A stretch of DNA of 64,000 bases from a virus. Under the pieces are notes generated by a model. The model did not search any database. It saw only the letters and a list, made by a program, of their open reading frames with translations, and was not told the DNA's origin. The stretch covers positions 1 to 64,000 of IMG/VR virus record IMGVR_UViG_3300028423_000904; one strand, written 5' to 3'. How positions within the stretch are numbered: the first letter of the stretch is position 1; each line of letters begins with the position of its first letter. A program made the position numbers and the translations under genes. Positions 21,344 through 30,164 of the stretch are shown here, in pieces.

Positions 21344-22432
21344 TTATCCTCCGTAATCGTCGCTATATCCGTCTGTCCAGTCATCAACACTATTATCTGC
21401 ATCGAAATCAGGACGCGGCAAGATAGCATCCTTGATACTCTGGCGCTGATTGTATTCTTTTCCTTTTGCAACGCTTTCCTTTTCGTTATTAACAAATGTG
21501 CTTGCATTGAATGTGCGGTCACTCCAGGTGCGCTCATCAATATTATCATACAATCTTACCCACTTGGTGTCACGGTAAACAAACAATCTGTTTGGCTGGA
21601 AGTCTGTGCGTATGAAAAAATCGCCCTGGTTAGGTGAAGACGGAAAAGCATCTCCTGTTGTAATAGGCTCACCAGGATCCCATTCAGAACCATTTTGCTG
21701 CACGTAATTGTACAAGTGATCAGTCAAGTAATTAGCACCGCCAATTGGATCATTCTGCTCTGCGCTGTCAAGAACAGCATCGGTAATATCGAGTTCTTTT
21801 GAAAATGTGCTGAAGAGATTTTTCATACTGTCAGCATCACTTTCATTTCCAAGTATGTCGTCATATTCTTGACTATCAGTAATCGGTTCAAGCTTTACAC
21901 GCCAGATATGAGGCCACCATGTTGCACTGAAACCTTCTCCGCCACGATTTCCGTCACTCACAGCGTAAAATTTTGGTATTGGTGGAGTATCTGCATCTAA
22001 ACCATACTCATCGATAAGATGAGGCAATTCAATAACATCACCACTGATTAATTTGCGTCCCATTACTTCTACCATTTCATTGAGATGAAATGTCATATAC
22101 AGTGTGTCATTTGTCAAGAATAACCCAAACTGTGTAAGGTCAAAATCGTTGTCACTTACATTATATACGCCACGCAATTCATAAAGGTCTCGGTCGTATT
22201 TGCGATCACGATTTTCAAGAAATAATAAGTCCTGGATCGACGTCTCATTGATTCCCCCATCATTCTGATAGTCGGGCTGTGATGGATCATCATTATTTTG
22301 TCCATCCTCTGGCCCAACATATTTGTGGATTATCGCACCTGTTCCGCCAGCATGAAACTGTTCTCGTATAGTTCGGTCTAAGAAACGGTAATCGTTAGTC
22401 TTACCGGGCTTCCACATAGAAATTCTGGGCAT
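21344..22432 (-). CDS. gp14: Neck / head-closure protein gp14-like
   Basis: FDLTQFGLF, GDVIELPHL motifs; divergent from gp13-like gene. Confidence 0.7.
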   Translation of the reverse strand: MPRISMWKPGKTNDYRFLDRTIREQFHAGGTGAIIHKYVGPEDGQNNDDPSQPDYQNDGGINETSIQDLLFLENRDRKYDRDLYELRGVYNVSDNDFDLTQFGLFLTNDTLYMTFHLNEMVEVMGRKLISGDVIELPHLIDEYGLDADTPPIPKFYAVSDGNRGGEGFSATWWPHIWRVKLEPITDSQEYDDILGNESDADSMKNLFSTFSKELDITDAVLDSAEQNDPIGGANYLTDHLYNYVQQNGSEWDPGEPITTGDAFPSSPNQGDFFIRTDFQPNRLFVYRDTKWVRLYDNIDERTWSDRTFNASTFVNNEKESVAKGKEYNQRQSIKDAILPRPDFDADNSVDDWTDGYSDDYGG

Positions 22433-22448
22433 GATACATCCTTTCAGA

Positions 22449-22471
22449 TATTTATCGTGTTAGGATAAATA
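22449..22471. promoter_or_regulatory. Back-to-back divergent late promoters for gp14 and gp13
   Basis: TATTTAT at 22449-22455 and ATAAATA at 22465-22471. Confidence 0.8.
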
Positions 22472-22492
22472 CCAGGAGAGCAGGAGCATACG

Positions 22493-23227
22493 ATGACAAC
22501 TCGCACTAAAATCCAAAAAGAAATTGAATTGCGTTTGGGTGGACAAATGACAGATGTCGAGCTCGATCCTGAACATTACGAGCTTGCTATAGACAAAGCA
22601 CTGGAAAAATTTAGACAGAGAAGCGAAAATTCTGTTGAGGAAGATTTCCATTTTTTCGAAGTTCAAACTGATCAGAACACGTATGTATTTCCAGATAATA
22701 TTATAGATGTCAAAGATTTGTATGGTAGGGTTTCTGGAACAACATCTACAGGTGTTGATTTTGAACCATTTGAAGCAAACTATTGGAACACCTTTCTTGC
22801 CAAAAACGGTGGTTCAGGGAGTCTTGCAATGTATGATTTTCTTGCACAGTATCATGAAACACTAGGTCGTTTGTTTGGCTCTGAATATGTGTTTACGTGG
22901 CGCCGCCAAACACATGAACTTTATCTACATCGTCGTCCTAGGTATCCTCGTCCAATTTATGCACATGTTTATAAGTATAGAACTGAAGATGATTTGTTTT
23001 CAGATCATATGACCATGCCATGGATCAAAGACTATGCCCTAGCTCAAAGCAAATTCATGTTGGGTGAAGCTCGTAGTAAGTTCGCAACCTATGCTGGACC
23101 ACAAGGCGGAACCACATTGAATGGCGATCAACTTAAAGCAGATGCACTTAATGAGATTGAAAGACTTGAAGAAGACATTAAACTCTACAAAGAAGGTTCA
23201 GCAGGTCTAGGAATTATCATAGGGTAA
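22493..23227 (+). CDS. gp13: Neck protein gp13-like
   Basis: LRLGGQMTDVELD, WIKDYALA, GPQGGTTLNG motifs. Confidence 0.85.
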   Translation: MTTRTKIQKEIELRLGGQMTDVELDPEHYELAIDKALEKFRQRSENSVEEDFHFFEVQTDQNTYVFPDNIIDVKDLYGRVSGTTSTGVDFEPFEANYWNTFLAKNGGSGSLAMYDFLAQYHETLGRLFGSEYVFTWRRQTHELYLHRRPRYPRPIYAHVYKYRTEDDLFSDHMTMPWIKDYALAQSKFMLGEARSKFATYAGPQGGTTLNGDQLKADALNEIERLEEDIKLYKEGSAGLGIIIG

Positions 23228-23232
23228 TCTAA

Positions 23233-23985
23233 ATGAAAGTTTCTGATATACTTGAACACAAAACCCGCCAAGGAAAAGAAATTAAATTTAAGAAAACACT
23301 AGATTCTGAAGATGAAAATCGTGGTTTTGTAGTGCACCAGCTTGATGCATTTGTGGATGGAGTTCATGCTGGTTATTTGAAAATTTCGTATATACCAAGT
23401 GAGCTATTCAAAAAGTATAATCCAACTATTTTTAATTGGATGGCAAATTTTAGTGGAAAAACAACAATTGTTCCTTTCGGTAAGGAAGCAGAACATTATA
23501 CAAATTTTACCAGAGAAGAAAAAACAAGGCTATTGAAATATTGGAGTGGATCAATAAGTGATCTAAATCGTGATTTTTCAGAATACAGTGATGAAGAGCT
23601 CACTAAAATTATTCAAGAACTTGAATCTCGTATTCTTAAAGGCAAAGATCAAGATATCAAGAATATAAAGAAAGACTATAACAAGTTTATCGATCATCAT
23701 GTTGATAAACCAAAAGTAGATTTTATCAATGTAAGAGAAAAGGATAGTTTCAATCGAAATTATCATGACGACGCCCAAGCAGATTTTAGACGTCAGGGTA
23801 TTGCTCTAGCACTTTATCAAGAAGGTTCTAAGTGGATGGACAACATGGGATTGCGGTTATATGCAAGCTCATTGCAACAGCCCGAGGCAAAAGCAGCCTG
23901 GGACAAGATGGAACGTTTAGGGTGGGTTGATCATGATGGCAACAGGTTATATCTTAACCCTCAAAAACTTCCAGAAAACAGTTGA
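23233..23985 (+). CDS. GNAT-fold protein, candidate head-packaged internal protein
   Basis: FRRQGIALALYQ acetyl-CoA motif A and QPEAKAAWDKM; N-terminal MKVSDILE. Confidence 0.55.
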   Translation: MKVSDILEHKTRQGKEIKFKKTLDSEDENRGFVVHQLDAFVDGVHAGYLKISYIPSELFKKYNPTIFNWMANFSGKTTIVPFGKEAEHYTNFTREEKTRLLKYWSGSISDLNRDFSEYSDEELTKIIQELESRILKGKDQDIKNIKKDYNKFIDHHVDKPKVDFINVREKDSFNRNYHDDAQADFRRQGIALALYQEGSKWMDNMGLRLYASSLQQPEAKAAWDKMERLGWVDHDGNRLYLNPQKLPENS

Positions 23986-24010
23986 CATCTCCAAGACGTT
24001 TTACTATATT
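23982..24010 (+). promoter_or_regulatory. Early sigma70-type promoter
   Basis: TTGACA-N17-TATATT followed by TGTAAGCAA and GGAGA. Confidence 0.8.
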
Positions 24011-24036
24011 AATCATGTAAGCAACGGAGAGATCCA

Positions 24037-24486
24037 ATGACTGCTCAACATGACCTTTTTGAAAGCCAAATTACTGATTCCCGTGACGCCCTGCGCTTTG
24101 TTTATGCTGGCCGCGCACTGTTCACTATTGTCAGCCGCAAAACCGGTCAACGGTTTACTTTCAAAGTCAATGCTCCGCATGATGACAAAGAGAGCCCTAT
24201 GCGTTTTGTCAAAGTCCTGAATGGCACTGATAATACCAGTGACTATCTTTACCTTGGTTTTTTGACCCTCAATCGCATGGGTAAACTTGCTGCCGGCAAA
24301 AAAGGCCGCGGCACTGCTCCTAGCTACCGTGCCCTGTCATGGACGCTTCGTCAGCTGGCAAAAGGCAAGATGCCTGAGGATCTTGAATTTCTTCACAGTG
24401 GTCGCTGCGGCGCTTGTGGTCGGACATTGACGGTTCCTGAAAGCATTAAGTCTGGTCTTGGTCCAGTGTGTGCAGGAAAAAGCTAA
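24037..24486 (+). CDS. DUF6011-like zinc-ribbon protein (early)
   Basis: C-terminal RCGACGRTLTVPESIKSGLGPVC; early promoter and GGAGA RBS. Confidence 0.75.
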   Translation: MTAQHDLFESQITDSRDALRFVYAGRALFTIVSRKTGQRFTFKVNAPHDDKESPMRFVKVLNGTDNTSDYLYLGFLTLNRMGKLAAGKKGRGTAPSYRALSWTLRQLAKGKMPEDLEFLHSGRCGACGRTLTVPESIKSGLGPVCAGKS

Positions 24487-24524
24487 CATACTGAAATCAT
24501 TGTAAACAAACCAAGACATTTTGG

Positions 24525-24553
24525 TTGACTCTCGGTTGTTTATCGCTTATATT
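24525..24553 (+). promoter_or_regulatory. Early sigma70-type promoter
   Basis: TTGACT-N17-TATATT followed by TGTAAGCAA. Confidence 0.8.
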
Positions 24554-24583
24554 CATAATGTAAGCAACGAAGGAGACACTGAT

Positions 24584-24937
24584 ATGGACACCCAGAAGCA
24601 ACTTGACAAGGCCATCGACCAACTGGTTGAAGATATCAAAACTGATTATGCCAATTGGCACCTTGCCAATGGTCAGGAAATGAACAAGATTAAAGAAGAA
24701 ATGATTGAAAACTTCAATGAAAATATTCGTGTTCAGCTTGGCCGCAAATATATCAAAATCATCAGTGAAGGCGGTGTGTGGGGCTTTATTGTCGCTGCCG
24801 AAGACGACCGCAAATTCAAAGCTGGTGATATTCTGAAAGCTGCCGGATACAATGCTCCGGCCCGTAATGCTGCTCGTGGTAACGTTCTTGAGGGTGGTTA
24901 CACCATCAATTGGACTGGCCCGCTTTACCTGAAATGA
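24584..24937 (+). CDS. Conserved hypothetical early phage protein
   Basis: RKYIKI...GDILKAAGYNAPARNAARGN...WTGPLYL; start reassigned to ATG 24584 after AAGGAGA RBS and promoter. Confidence 0.75.
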   Translation: MDTQKQLDKAIDQLVEDIKTDYANWHLANGQEMNKIKEEMIENFNENIRVQLGRKYIKIISEGGVWGFIVAAEDDRKFKAGDILKAAGYNAPARNAARGNVLEGGYTINWTGPLYLK

Positions 24938-25158
24938 AACAAAACGATACTCCTGAAATAACAACAAAGCGCGAGGAATGTCTGAGGCTGGTGCGTGAAT
25001 TGGAAAAGTGGGATGTTTATCCTTTTCGTAAAGATCGCATCAGCCTCGACAAACAGATTAAATATACACGAAATATTCGTAGGCTTGATGAAATTCATGC
25101 ACGTCTTGAAATGCTACTTAGCAAGGCAGTAATGGAGAAATTATCCAAGGGTGTCTGA
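24934..25158 (+). CDS. Small helical protein, C-terminal-motif family member A
   Basis: ATGA overlap with upstream gene; ends LDEIHARLEMLLSKAVMEKL-SKGV. Confidence 0.7.
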   Translation: MKQNDTPEITTKREECLRLVRELEKWDVYPFRKDRISLDKQIKYTRNIRRLDEIHARLEMLLSKAVMEKLSKGV

Positions 25159-25159
25159 T

Positions 25160-25330
25160 ATGTCCAAATCAAAGAATCGCCGCCCTCAGCGCCCTAAAGA
25201 GCGCAATTTTTTTGCAAGGGCTGTTCGTGATCCTAACAGTCCCTTTCGGCCCAAGACTATCCCGGACAAACGAACTCGTCAAGAACAACGCAGACGAAAA
25301 CACAAAGGTCGTCTTGATGATGAAGAGTAG
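25160..25330 (+). CDS. 56-aa basic protein, ArfA-like (alternative ribosome rescue factor A) candidate; not in ORF track
   Basis: Hand translation MSKSKNRRPQRPKERNFFARAVRDPNSPFRPKTIPDKRTRQEQRRRKHKGRLDDEE; fills the gap between flanking genes. Confidence 0.55.
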   Translation: MSKSKNRRPQRPKERNFFARAVRDPNSPFRPKTIPDKRTRQEQRRRKHKGRLDDEE

Positions 25331-25339
25331 GTTAATGAA

Positions 25340-25597
25340 ATGAATACTGGTCAGGACCAAGCAGCAAAAGTAAGAAAATTGGTTGACGAAATTAGCCAAG
25401 AAGTCAATCATATTGACAACCGTAATCCGAATATCTATGCGAATTGCAAATTTAAAGGTGTTCTGTGTTTCCTCACAAGTGCACTATATGCAGAAGTTCA
25501 ACCAGGTAGCTTCTATGAAAGCTATACAATTGAAGCTCTAGAAAATTTTCTTGAAGAAATAAAGCAAGAAGAAATTATGGAAAAATTGAGATCATGA
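25340..25597 (+). CDS. Small helical protein, family member B
   Basis: Ends IEALENFLEEIKQEEIMEKL-RS. Confidence 0.7.
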   Translation: MNTGQDQAAKVRKLVDEISQEVNHIDNRNPNIYANCKFKGVLCFLTSALYAEVQPGSFYESYTIEALENFLEEIKQEEIMEKLRS

Positions 25598-25851
25598 CGC
25601 AAGACGAACAAAATGCAATTGATCTTGAGCGTGTAAGATCGAAACGAGCCAGGGCCCTTACCGCCCTGGATGAATATATGAAATGGGTGTACCCTTCTCC
25701 TATGAGACTGAGTGAAGGTGTGCAGTGTCTACATAGCGTTTATAAACGCAATATTACGCACGGAACAGAGGATGATGTTGATCGCTTGATTAAGTGGTAT
25801 GAAGAAAGTAACGAAATGTCACTTTTTCAAAAGATAACAGAAGATTTATAA
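25594..25851 (+). CDS. Small helical protein, family member C
   Basis: ATGA overlap; ends VDRLIKWYEESNEMSLFQKI-TEDL. Confidence 0.7.
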   Translation: MTQDEQNAIDLERVRSKRARALTALDEYMKWVYPSPMRLSEGVQCLHSVYKRNITHGTEDDVDRLIKWYEESNEMSLFQKITEDL

Positions 25852-26054
25852 TGAATTCACGCATAAGAGAACTGAGAACACAGGCGTGTGAAAAGGTCAA
25901 TGAGCTTAGAGAATGGGACGGCATTGATAATGTTGATGCTGCCCAAATGCTTTATAATATTGATCAGATCGATTCTTTAGAGACTCTTGAAAAACTTGTT
26001 CAGGACCTGACTGATAATTGTCAAAAAGCAATGTTTAAAAAAATATCCAAATGA
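25851..26054 (+). CDS. Small helical protein, family member D
   Basis: TAATG overlap; ends LEKLVQDLTDNCQKAMFKKI-SK. Confidence 0.7.
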   Translation: MNSRIRELRTQACEKVNELREWDGIDNVDAAQMLYNIDQIDSLETLEKLVQDLTDNCQKAMFKKISK

Positions 26055-26404
26055 TTGGAAAAATTGAACACAAGATACATTTGTTTTTGTATAGATATAT
26101 TCCCTTCTATCGTTATAATAGTGATAGAAGAAAAGCCTTCAAAGAAATTGAAAGGCTATGCAATGACTTGCAGGCATATTATTATCATAGAAGAAATGAC
26201 ACAAGATATTGTCACGGGATAGAACAAAAACTCGACACTGCAATTGAATGTTGGAGTAAGGTGAATGAAATACACGAAATTCGTCAACACTCTATACGTC
26301 TTTATTATGATACTAAAATCCTCGACGAATTAACAGGAATACAAAAAAGTCTAGAAGAAAGACTTGAAGAAGCCACAATGGAAAAAATGTTACAGAACCT
26401 CTAA
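26051..26404 (+). CDS. Small helical protein, family member E
   Basis: ATGA overlap; ends LTGIQKSLEERLEEATMEKM-LQNL. Confidence 0.7.
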   Translation: MIGKIEHKIHLFLYRYIPFYRYNSDRRKAFKEIERLCNDLQAYYYHRRNDTRYCHGIEQKLDTAIECWSKVNEIHEIRQHSIRLYYDTKILDELTGIQKSLEERLEEATMEKMLQNL

Positions 26405-26411
26405 TAATGCA

Positions 26412-26440
26412 TTGATTTCAAAGTATAATTATGCTATATA
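26412..26440 (+). promoter_or_regulatory. Possible sigma70-type promoter for the dNMP kinase
   Basis: TTGATT-N17-TATATA. Confidence 0.5.
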
Positions 26441-26462
26441 GTATAATGTATCTGGAGAAATC

Positions 26463-27089
26463 ATGAAAAGAAAAATTATCGGAATTTGTGGCTTTATTGG
26501 GTGTGGTAAAGGAACGGTTGGAGATATCCTCGAACAGGATTATGGGTTTACTAAGATTAGCTATGCTGATAAGCTCAAAGACACTGTCGCGACTATGTTC
26601 GATTGGGATCGTGATTCAATTGAAGGCAACACTGCTGAAAGTCGTGAATGGAGAGAAACACCTGATGAATTCTGGTCTAAAGAACTGGGATATGATTTTA
26701 CTCCACGTATGGCTATGCAGCGCATAGGCACTGATTGTATGCGTCAGGGCTTGGATCATCACGTTTGGGTTTTGTTTGTTAAAAAGAAACTTTTAGATAA
26801 TCCTGAAACAAATTTTGTGATACCAGATGTGAGATTTTTCAATGAAAGAGATCTCATACGCAATCTTAACGGACAAATATGGCGTGTAAAAAGAGGCCCA
26901 GACCCTGAATGGGTCAATAAAGCGATCTCTGATAATCGTTATGATACAGAATGGATGAAAGACCATCCAGAAATTCACGAAAGTGAATGGAGGTGGCTGG
27001 ATTATCCTACTGAATTTGACTTTAATATTACGAATGATGGCGGCATGAAAGAATTATACAAGCATGTCGAAAGAGCAATAAGAGATTAA
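26463..27089 (+). CDS. Deoxynucleoside monophosphate kinase (T4 gp1-like)
   Basis: IIGICGFIGCGKGT P-loop, YADKLKD, TPRMAMQRIGTD, DVRFFNE, HESE motifs. Confidence 0.92.
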   Translation: MKRKIIGICGFIGCGKGTVGDILEQDYGFTKISYADKLKDTVATMFDWDRDSIEGNTAESREWRETPDEFWSKELGYDFTPRMAMQRIGTDCMRQGLDHHVWVLFVKKKLLDNPETNFVIPDVRFFNERDLIRNLNGQIWRVKRGPDPEWVNKAISDNRYDTEWMKDHPEIHESEWRWLDYPTEFDFNITNDGGMKELYKHVERAIRD

Positions 27090-27092
27090 ATA

Positions 27093-27114
27093 CGTGGTTA
27101 TCCTCTTAACCACG
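27093..27114. other. Inverted repeat between dNMP kinase and the sheath late promoter
   Basis: CGTGGTTA-TCCTCT-TAACCACG. Confidence 0.5.
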
Positions 27115-27178
27115 CTAGATAAGTAGCCTCCAAATAAATACTGTTAGAGCAGAATTTGGCTTTAACAGGAGATAATAC

Positions 27179-29638
27179 ATGGCTACTCTAGTATCACCAG
27201 GCGTTGACGTAACAGTTGTTGACGAAAGCGCATATGCTAGCCCAGGGGCTGGCACCATCCCACTCATTGTTGTTGCTACTGCGCAAGACAAGACTGATCC
27301 AACAGGAACAGAAACTGATGGCATTGCAAAATATACCAAATCAGCAAATGCTAACCTTGTCGTGCCGGTTACATCACAGCGTGAGCTAACACAATTTTTC
27401 GGAGACCCGACATTTGCATCAACTGAAGGTGCAGAAACAAGTGAATATGGTCTTCTCGCAGCATACAGCTATCTTGGACAGGGTTCACAGGCATATATTG
27501 TCCGTGCAGCAATTGACCTAAGCGAGCTTACAGCTACAGACACAATGCCAACTGGTCCAGCAAATGGTAACCAGATTTGGTTGGACACAGATGCTAGTTC
27601 ATTTGGTCTACACGTTTATGACTCATCGTCAGCAAGCTGGGTCTTGCAAGAAGTCACAGTTGAGGTTTCACTTTCAGCTTCAGCTGGTGAAATTTCAGAC
27701 CCAAGCAGTTATGCACCAACCGCATCAGCAGGAACCGCAGGAGACTTCCTGGTTGCTGTTCTAAGCGACGGAACCACTGGTTTTGTTCTTGGATATTTTT
27801 ATGATGATGGTGCTGCATGGCAGCCAGTAGAAGTTGGTGGTGAAGCAGCTCTAGCCGCAACCACTGTTACATATGATGCACATTACAACAGCCCTGCAAC
27901 ACCTGCAGGAGACGACATTTGGGTTAAAACAACTAGCCCAGGTAATGGTTTGAACTTGGTTGTTTACCAGTCAAATTCAAGCGGTGTGTTTGGATTGTTG
28001 GAAGTTGAAGGTGTTTCAAATGATGGCGGCACAACATATGTTGCGCAGGACGGAAGCAGCACAACTGACATCGTCAGCAGCATGGACGATAATAACATTG
28101 CTATCAATTTCACAGCAGCAAATGGCGGTGGAGAAATCCTACGCATTGAATCGAGCACTGCAACTTCACTAGATGAGGCAGTGTATGCTCAGGATGATGA
28201 ACCAACAGGCACAGCAACCGCTGGGACATATTGGTTTGACGATACAGCTACTGATCTTGATATTCTTATCAATACTGGATCAGACTGGGAACGTATTGAT
28301 GAAGCAAATATCACATTTTCAACAAGCGAGCCACTAACACCAAGTGATGATGATATCTGGATTGATACAGGAGCACCTGAATCAGAATATCCAAAACTTT
28401 ACCGTTATGACAGTGGTGCAAGCGCATGGTTGCTTTATGACAATACTGACCAGAGTACAGACCGTGGTGTCATCTTTGACGACTTTACTGTTGCAGATCG
28501 TAGCTCACTATCAAGTGGTGCAGTTACAGGTGCTAACTTGTTTGATAGTGCACCAGAAGCAGCACTATATCCAACAAACATGTTGGCAGTGAACATGGCA
28601 CACTCAAGCAACACCCTGCGTGTATGGACTGAAAGCATTTCAGTAAACAGTGGTGGCTCAACAGTTGATGGATGGGTTAATGCTGTGGCAAACAATGCAA
28701 ACGGTAGTGGTGTATTTGGTCGCCCTGCACAGCACAAGTTGGTTGCAACATCAATGCAGGCGGCGGTTTCAGGAAACGAAGACCTTCGCGATCCAAACCG
28801 TAACTTTACCCTGTTGTGTGCACCAAACTTCCCAGAGCTCACTGATGAGCTTGTAACACTCAACAGTGACCGTGGTGAAACAGCGTTTATCATTATTGAT
28901 GCACCAATGCGCCTAACACCAACAGAGGCAGTTTCATGGATCCAAGGCACTGGTGCAAGTGAAAATGGCGATGAAGGTCTTGTAACCAAGAATACCTACA
29001 GTGCTGTTTACTACCCTTCAGGACGTTCAACAACACCAGCTGGCGACACTGTTACCGTTCCAGCAAGTCATATGGTTCTTTACACATATGCTTATAACGA
29101 CAACATTAGTTATCCATGGTTTGCACCAGCAGGCCTAACACGTGGCGTTGTTCAAAACGGAAGCGCAGTAGGCTATATCACAACTGAAGAAGAGTTCAAA
29201 GCAATCAGCTTGAATCAGGGTCAAAGAGATTCAATGTATCTTAACAAACTTAACCCAATCACTCAGTTCCCACTTGAAGGTGTCGTGGTTTACGGTCAGA
29301 AGACCCTGCACCCAACATCAAGTGCACTTGACCGAGTAAATGTTGCTCGTCTTGTTGCTTACTTGCGTGAACGTTTTGACGAAATTGCTCGTCCGTTGCT
29401 TTTTGAACAGAATGACAAACTCACTCGTGATCGTGCAGTTCAGTTGTTCAATTCATTCCTCGCAGACCTACTTACCAAGCGAGCACTAACAGACTTTGCA
29501 GTGGTTTGTGATGAAAGCAACAACACACCAATTCGAATCGATAGAAATGAACTTTATATTGACGTTGCTATTGCTCCAACAAAAGCAGTTGAGTTCATTT
29601 ACATTCCGATCCGTATTGTTAACACTGGTGCCCTCTAA
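27179..29638 (+). CDS. gp18: Tail sheath protein
   Basis: LVSPGVDVTVVDES N-terminus; WFAPAGLTRG, GQKT, DRVNVARL, VVCDESNNTP, PTKAVEFIYIP. Confidence 0.95.
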   Translation: MATLVSPGVDVTVVDESAYASPGAGTIPLIVVATAQDKTDPTGTETDGIAKYTKSANANLVVPVTSQRELTQFFGDPTFASTEGAETSEYGLLAAYSYLGQGSQAYIVRAAIDLSELTATDTMPTGPANGNQIWLDTDASSFGLHVYDSSSASWVLQEVTVEVSLSASAGEISDPSSYAPTASAGTAGDFLVAVLSDGTTGFVLGYFYDDGAAWQPVEVGGEAALAATTVTYDAHYNSPATPAGDDIWVKTTSPGNGLNLVVYQSNSSGVFGLLEVEGVSNDGGTTYVAQDGSSTTDIVSSMDDNNIAINFTAANGGGEILRIESSTATSLDEAVYAQDDEPTGTATAGTYWFDDTATDLDILINTGSDWERIDEANITFSTSEPLTPSDDDIWIDTGAPESEYPKLYRYDSGASAWLLYDNTDQSTDRGVIFDDFTVADRSSLSSGAVTGANLFDSAPEAALYPTNMLAVNMAHSSNTLRVWTESISVNSGGSTVDGWVNAVANNANGSGVFGRPAQHKLVATSMQAAVSGNEDLRDPNRNFTLLCAPNFPELTDELVTLNSDRGETAFIIIDAPMRLTPTEAVSWIQGTGASENGDEGLVTKNTYSAVYYPSGRSTTPAGDTVTVPASHMVLYTYAYNDNISYPWFAPAGLTRGVVQNGSAVGYITTEEEFKAISLNQGQRDSMYLNKLNPITQFPLEGVVVYGQKTLHPTSSALDRVNVARLVAYLRERFDEIARPLLFEQNDKLTRDRAVQLFNSFLADLLTKRALTDFAVVCDESNNTPIRIDRNELYIDVAIAPTKAVEFIYIPIRIVNTGAL

Positions 29639-29664
29639 GGCTAGTCAGAAAATTTAACTAAGTA

Positions 29665-29692
29665 AGGGGGCAGGACATAATGTTCTGCCCCT
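29665..29692 (+). terminator. Hairpin after the tail sheath gene (weak terminator or stabilising stem)
   Basis: GGGGCAGGACA-TAA-TGTTCTGCCCC, no U-tract. Confidence 0.55.
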
Positions 29693-29711
29693 CTCACTCA
29701 AAGGATAAAAA

Positions 29712-30164
29712 ATGAACATGAGATTCTGGAAGTTCTGGACTGTTTTCGTTCTGGTGATTTTTTCACTAGTTACAGGACAGATTTATTTTGGTTTGTTTGA
29801 CCATATACTCGCGTATGACCAAACATATATTACATTCGTTAATATCGGTATATTGATACTTGCTCATTTAATGATGTTACGATTGCATTGGAAGAAAAAA
29901 TACGCAGAACAACATCATAGAATGTTGCATTACCTAGCAGACACTGTGATTGTTTTGGGTCTTATCGGAACCCTGATTGGATTTATTATCATTCTTTGGT
30001 CTGTATTTGGACCAGGTGTTGTAATTGATCCGACAAATGTATCGTTAATGACAGACATGATTTCTCAAGTTGCACAGGGTATGGGTGCAGCATTGATTAC
30101 GTCGCTTTCAGGTCTTATTAGTTCAGCTATTATTAGCCTTCAATTGGTATTTTTAGAAGAATGA
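29712..30164 (+). CDS. MotA/TolQ/ExbB proton-channel family membrane protein
   Basis: About 4 hydrophobic helices; LGLIGTLIGF and GMGAALITSLSGL family motifs. Confidence 0.8.
   Translation: MNMRFWKFWTVFVLVIFSLVTGQIYFGLFDHILAYDQTYITFVNIGILILAHLMMLRLHWKKKYAEQHHRMLHYLADTVIVLGLIGTLIGFIIILWSVFGPGVVIDPTNVSLMTDMISQVAQGMGAALITSLSGLISSAIISLQLVFLEE

Noticed and set aside
25169-25411. Minus-strand 80-aa ORF
   Set aside because: Shadow of the plus-strand 25160..25330 gene in an all-plus operon
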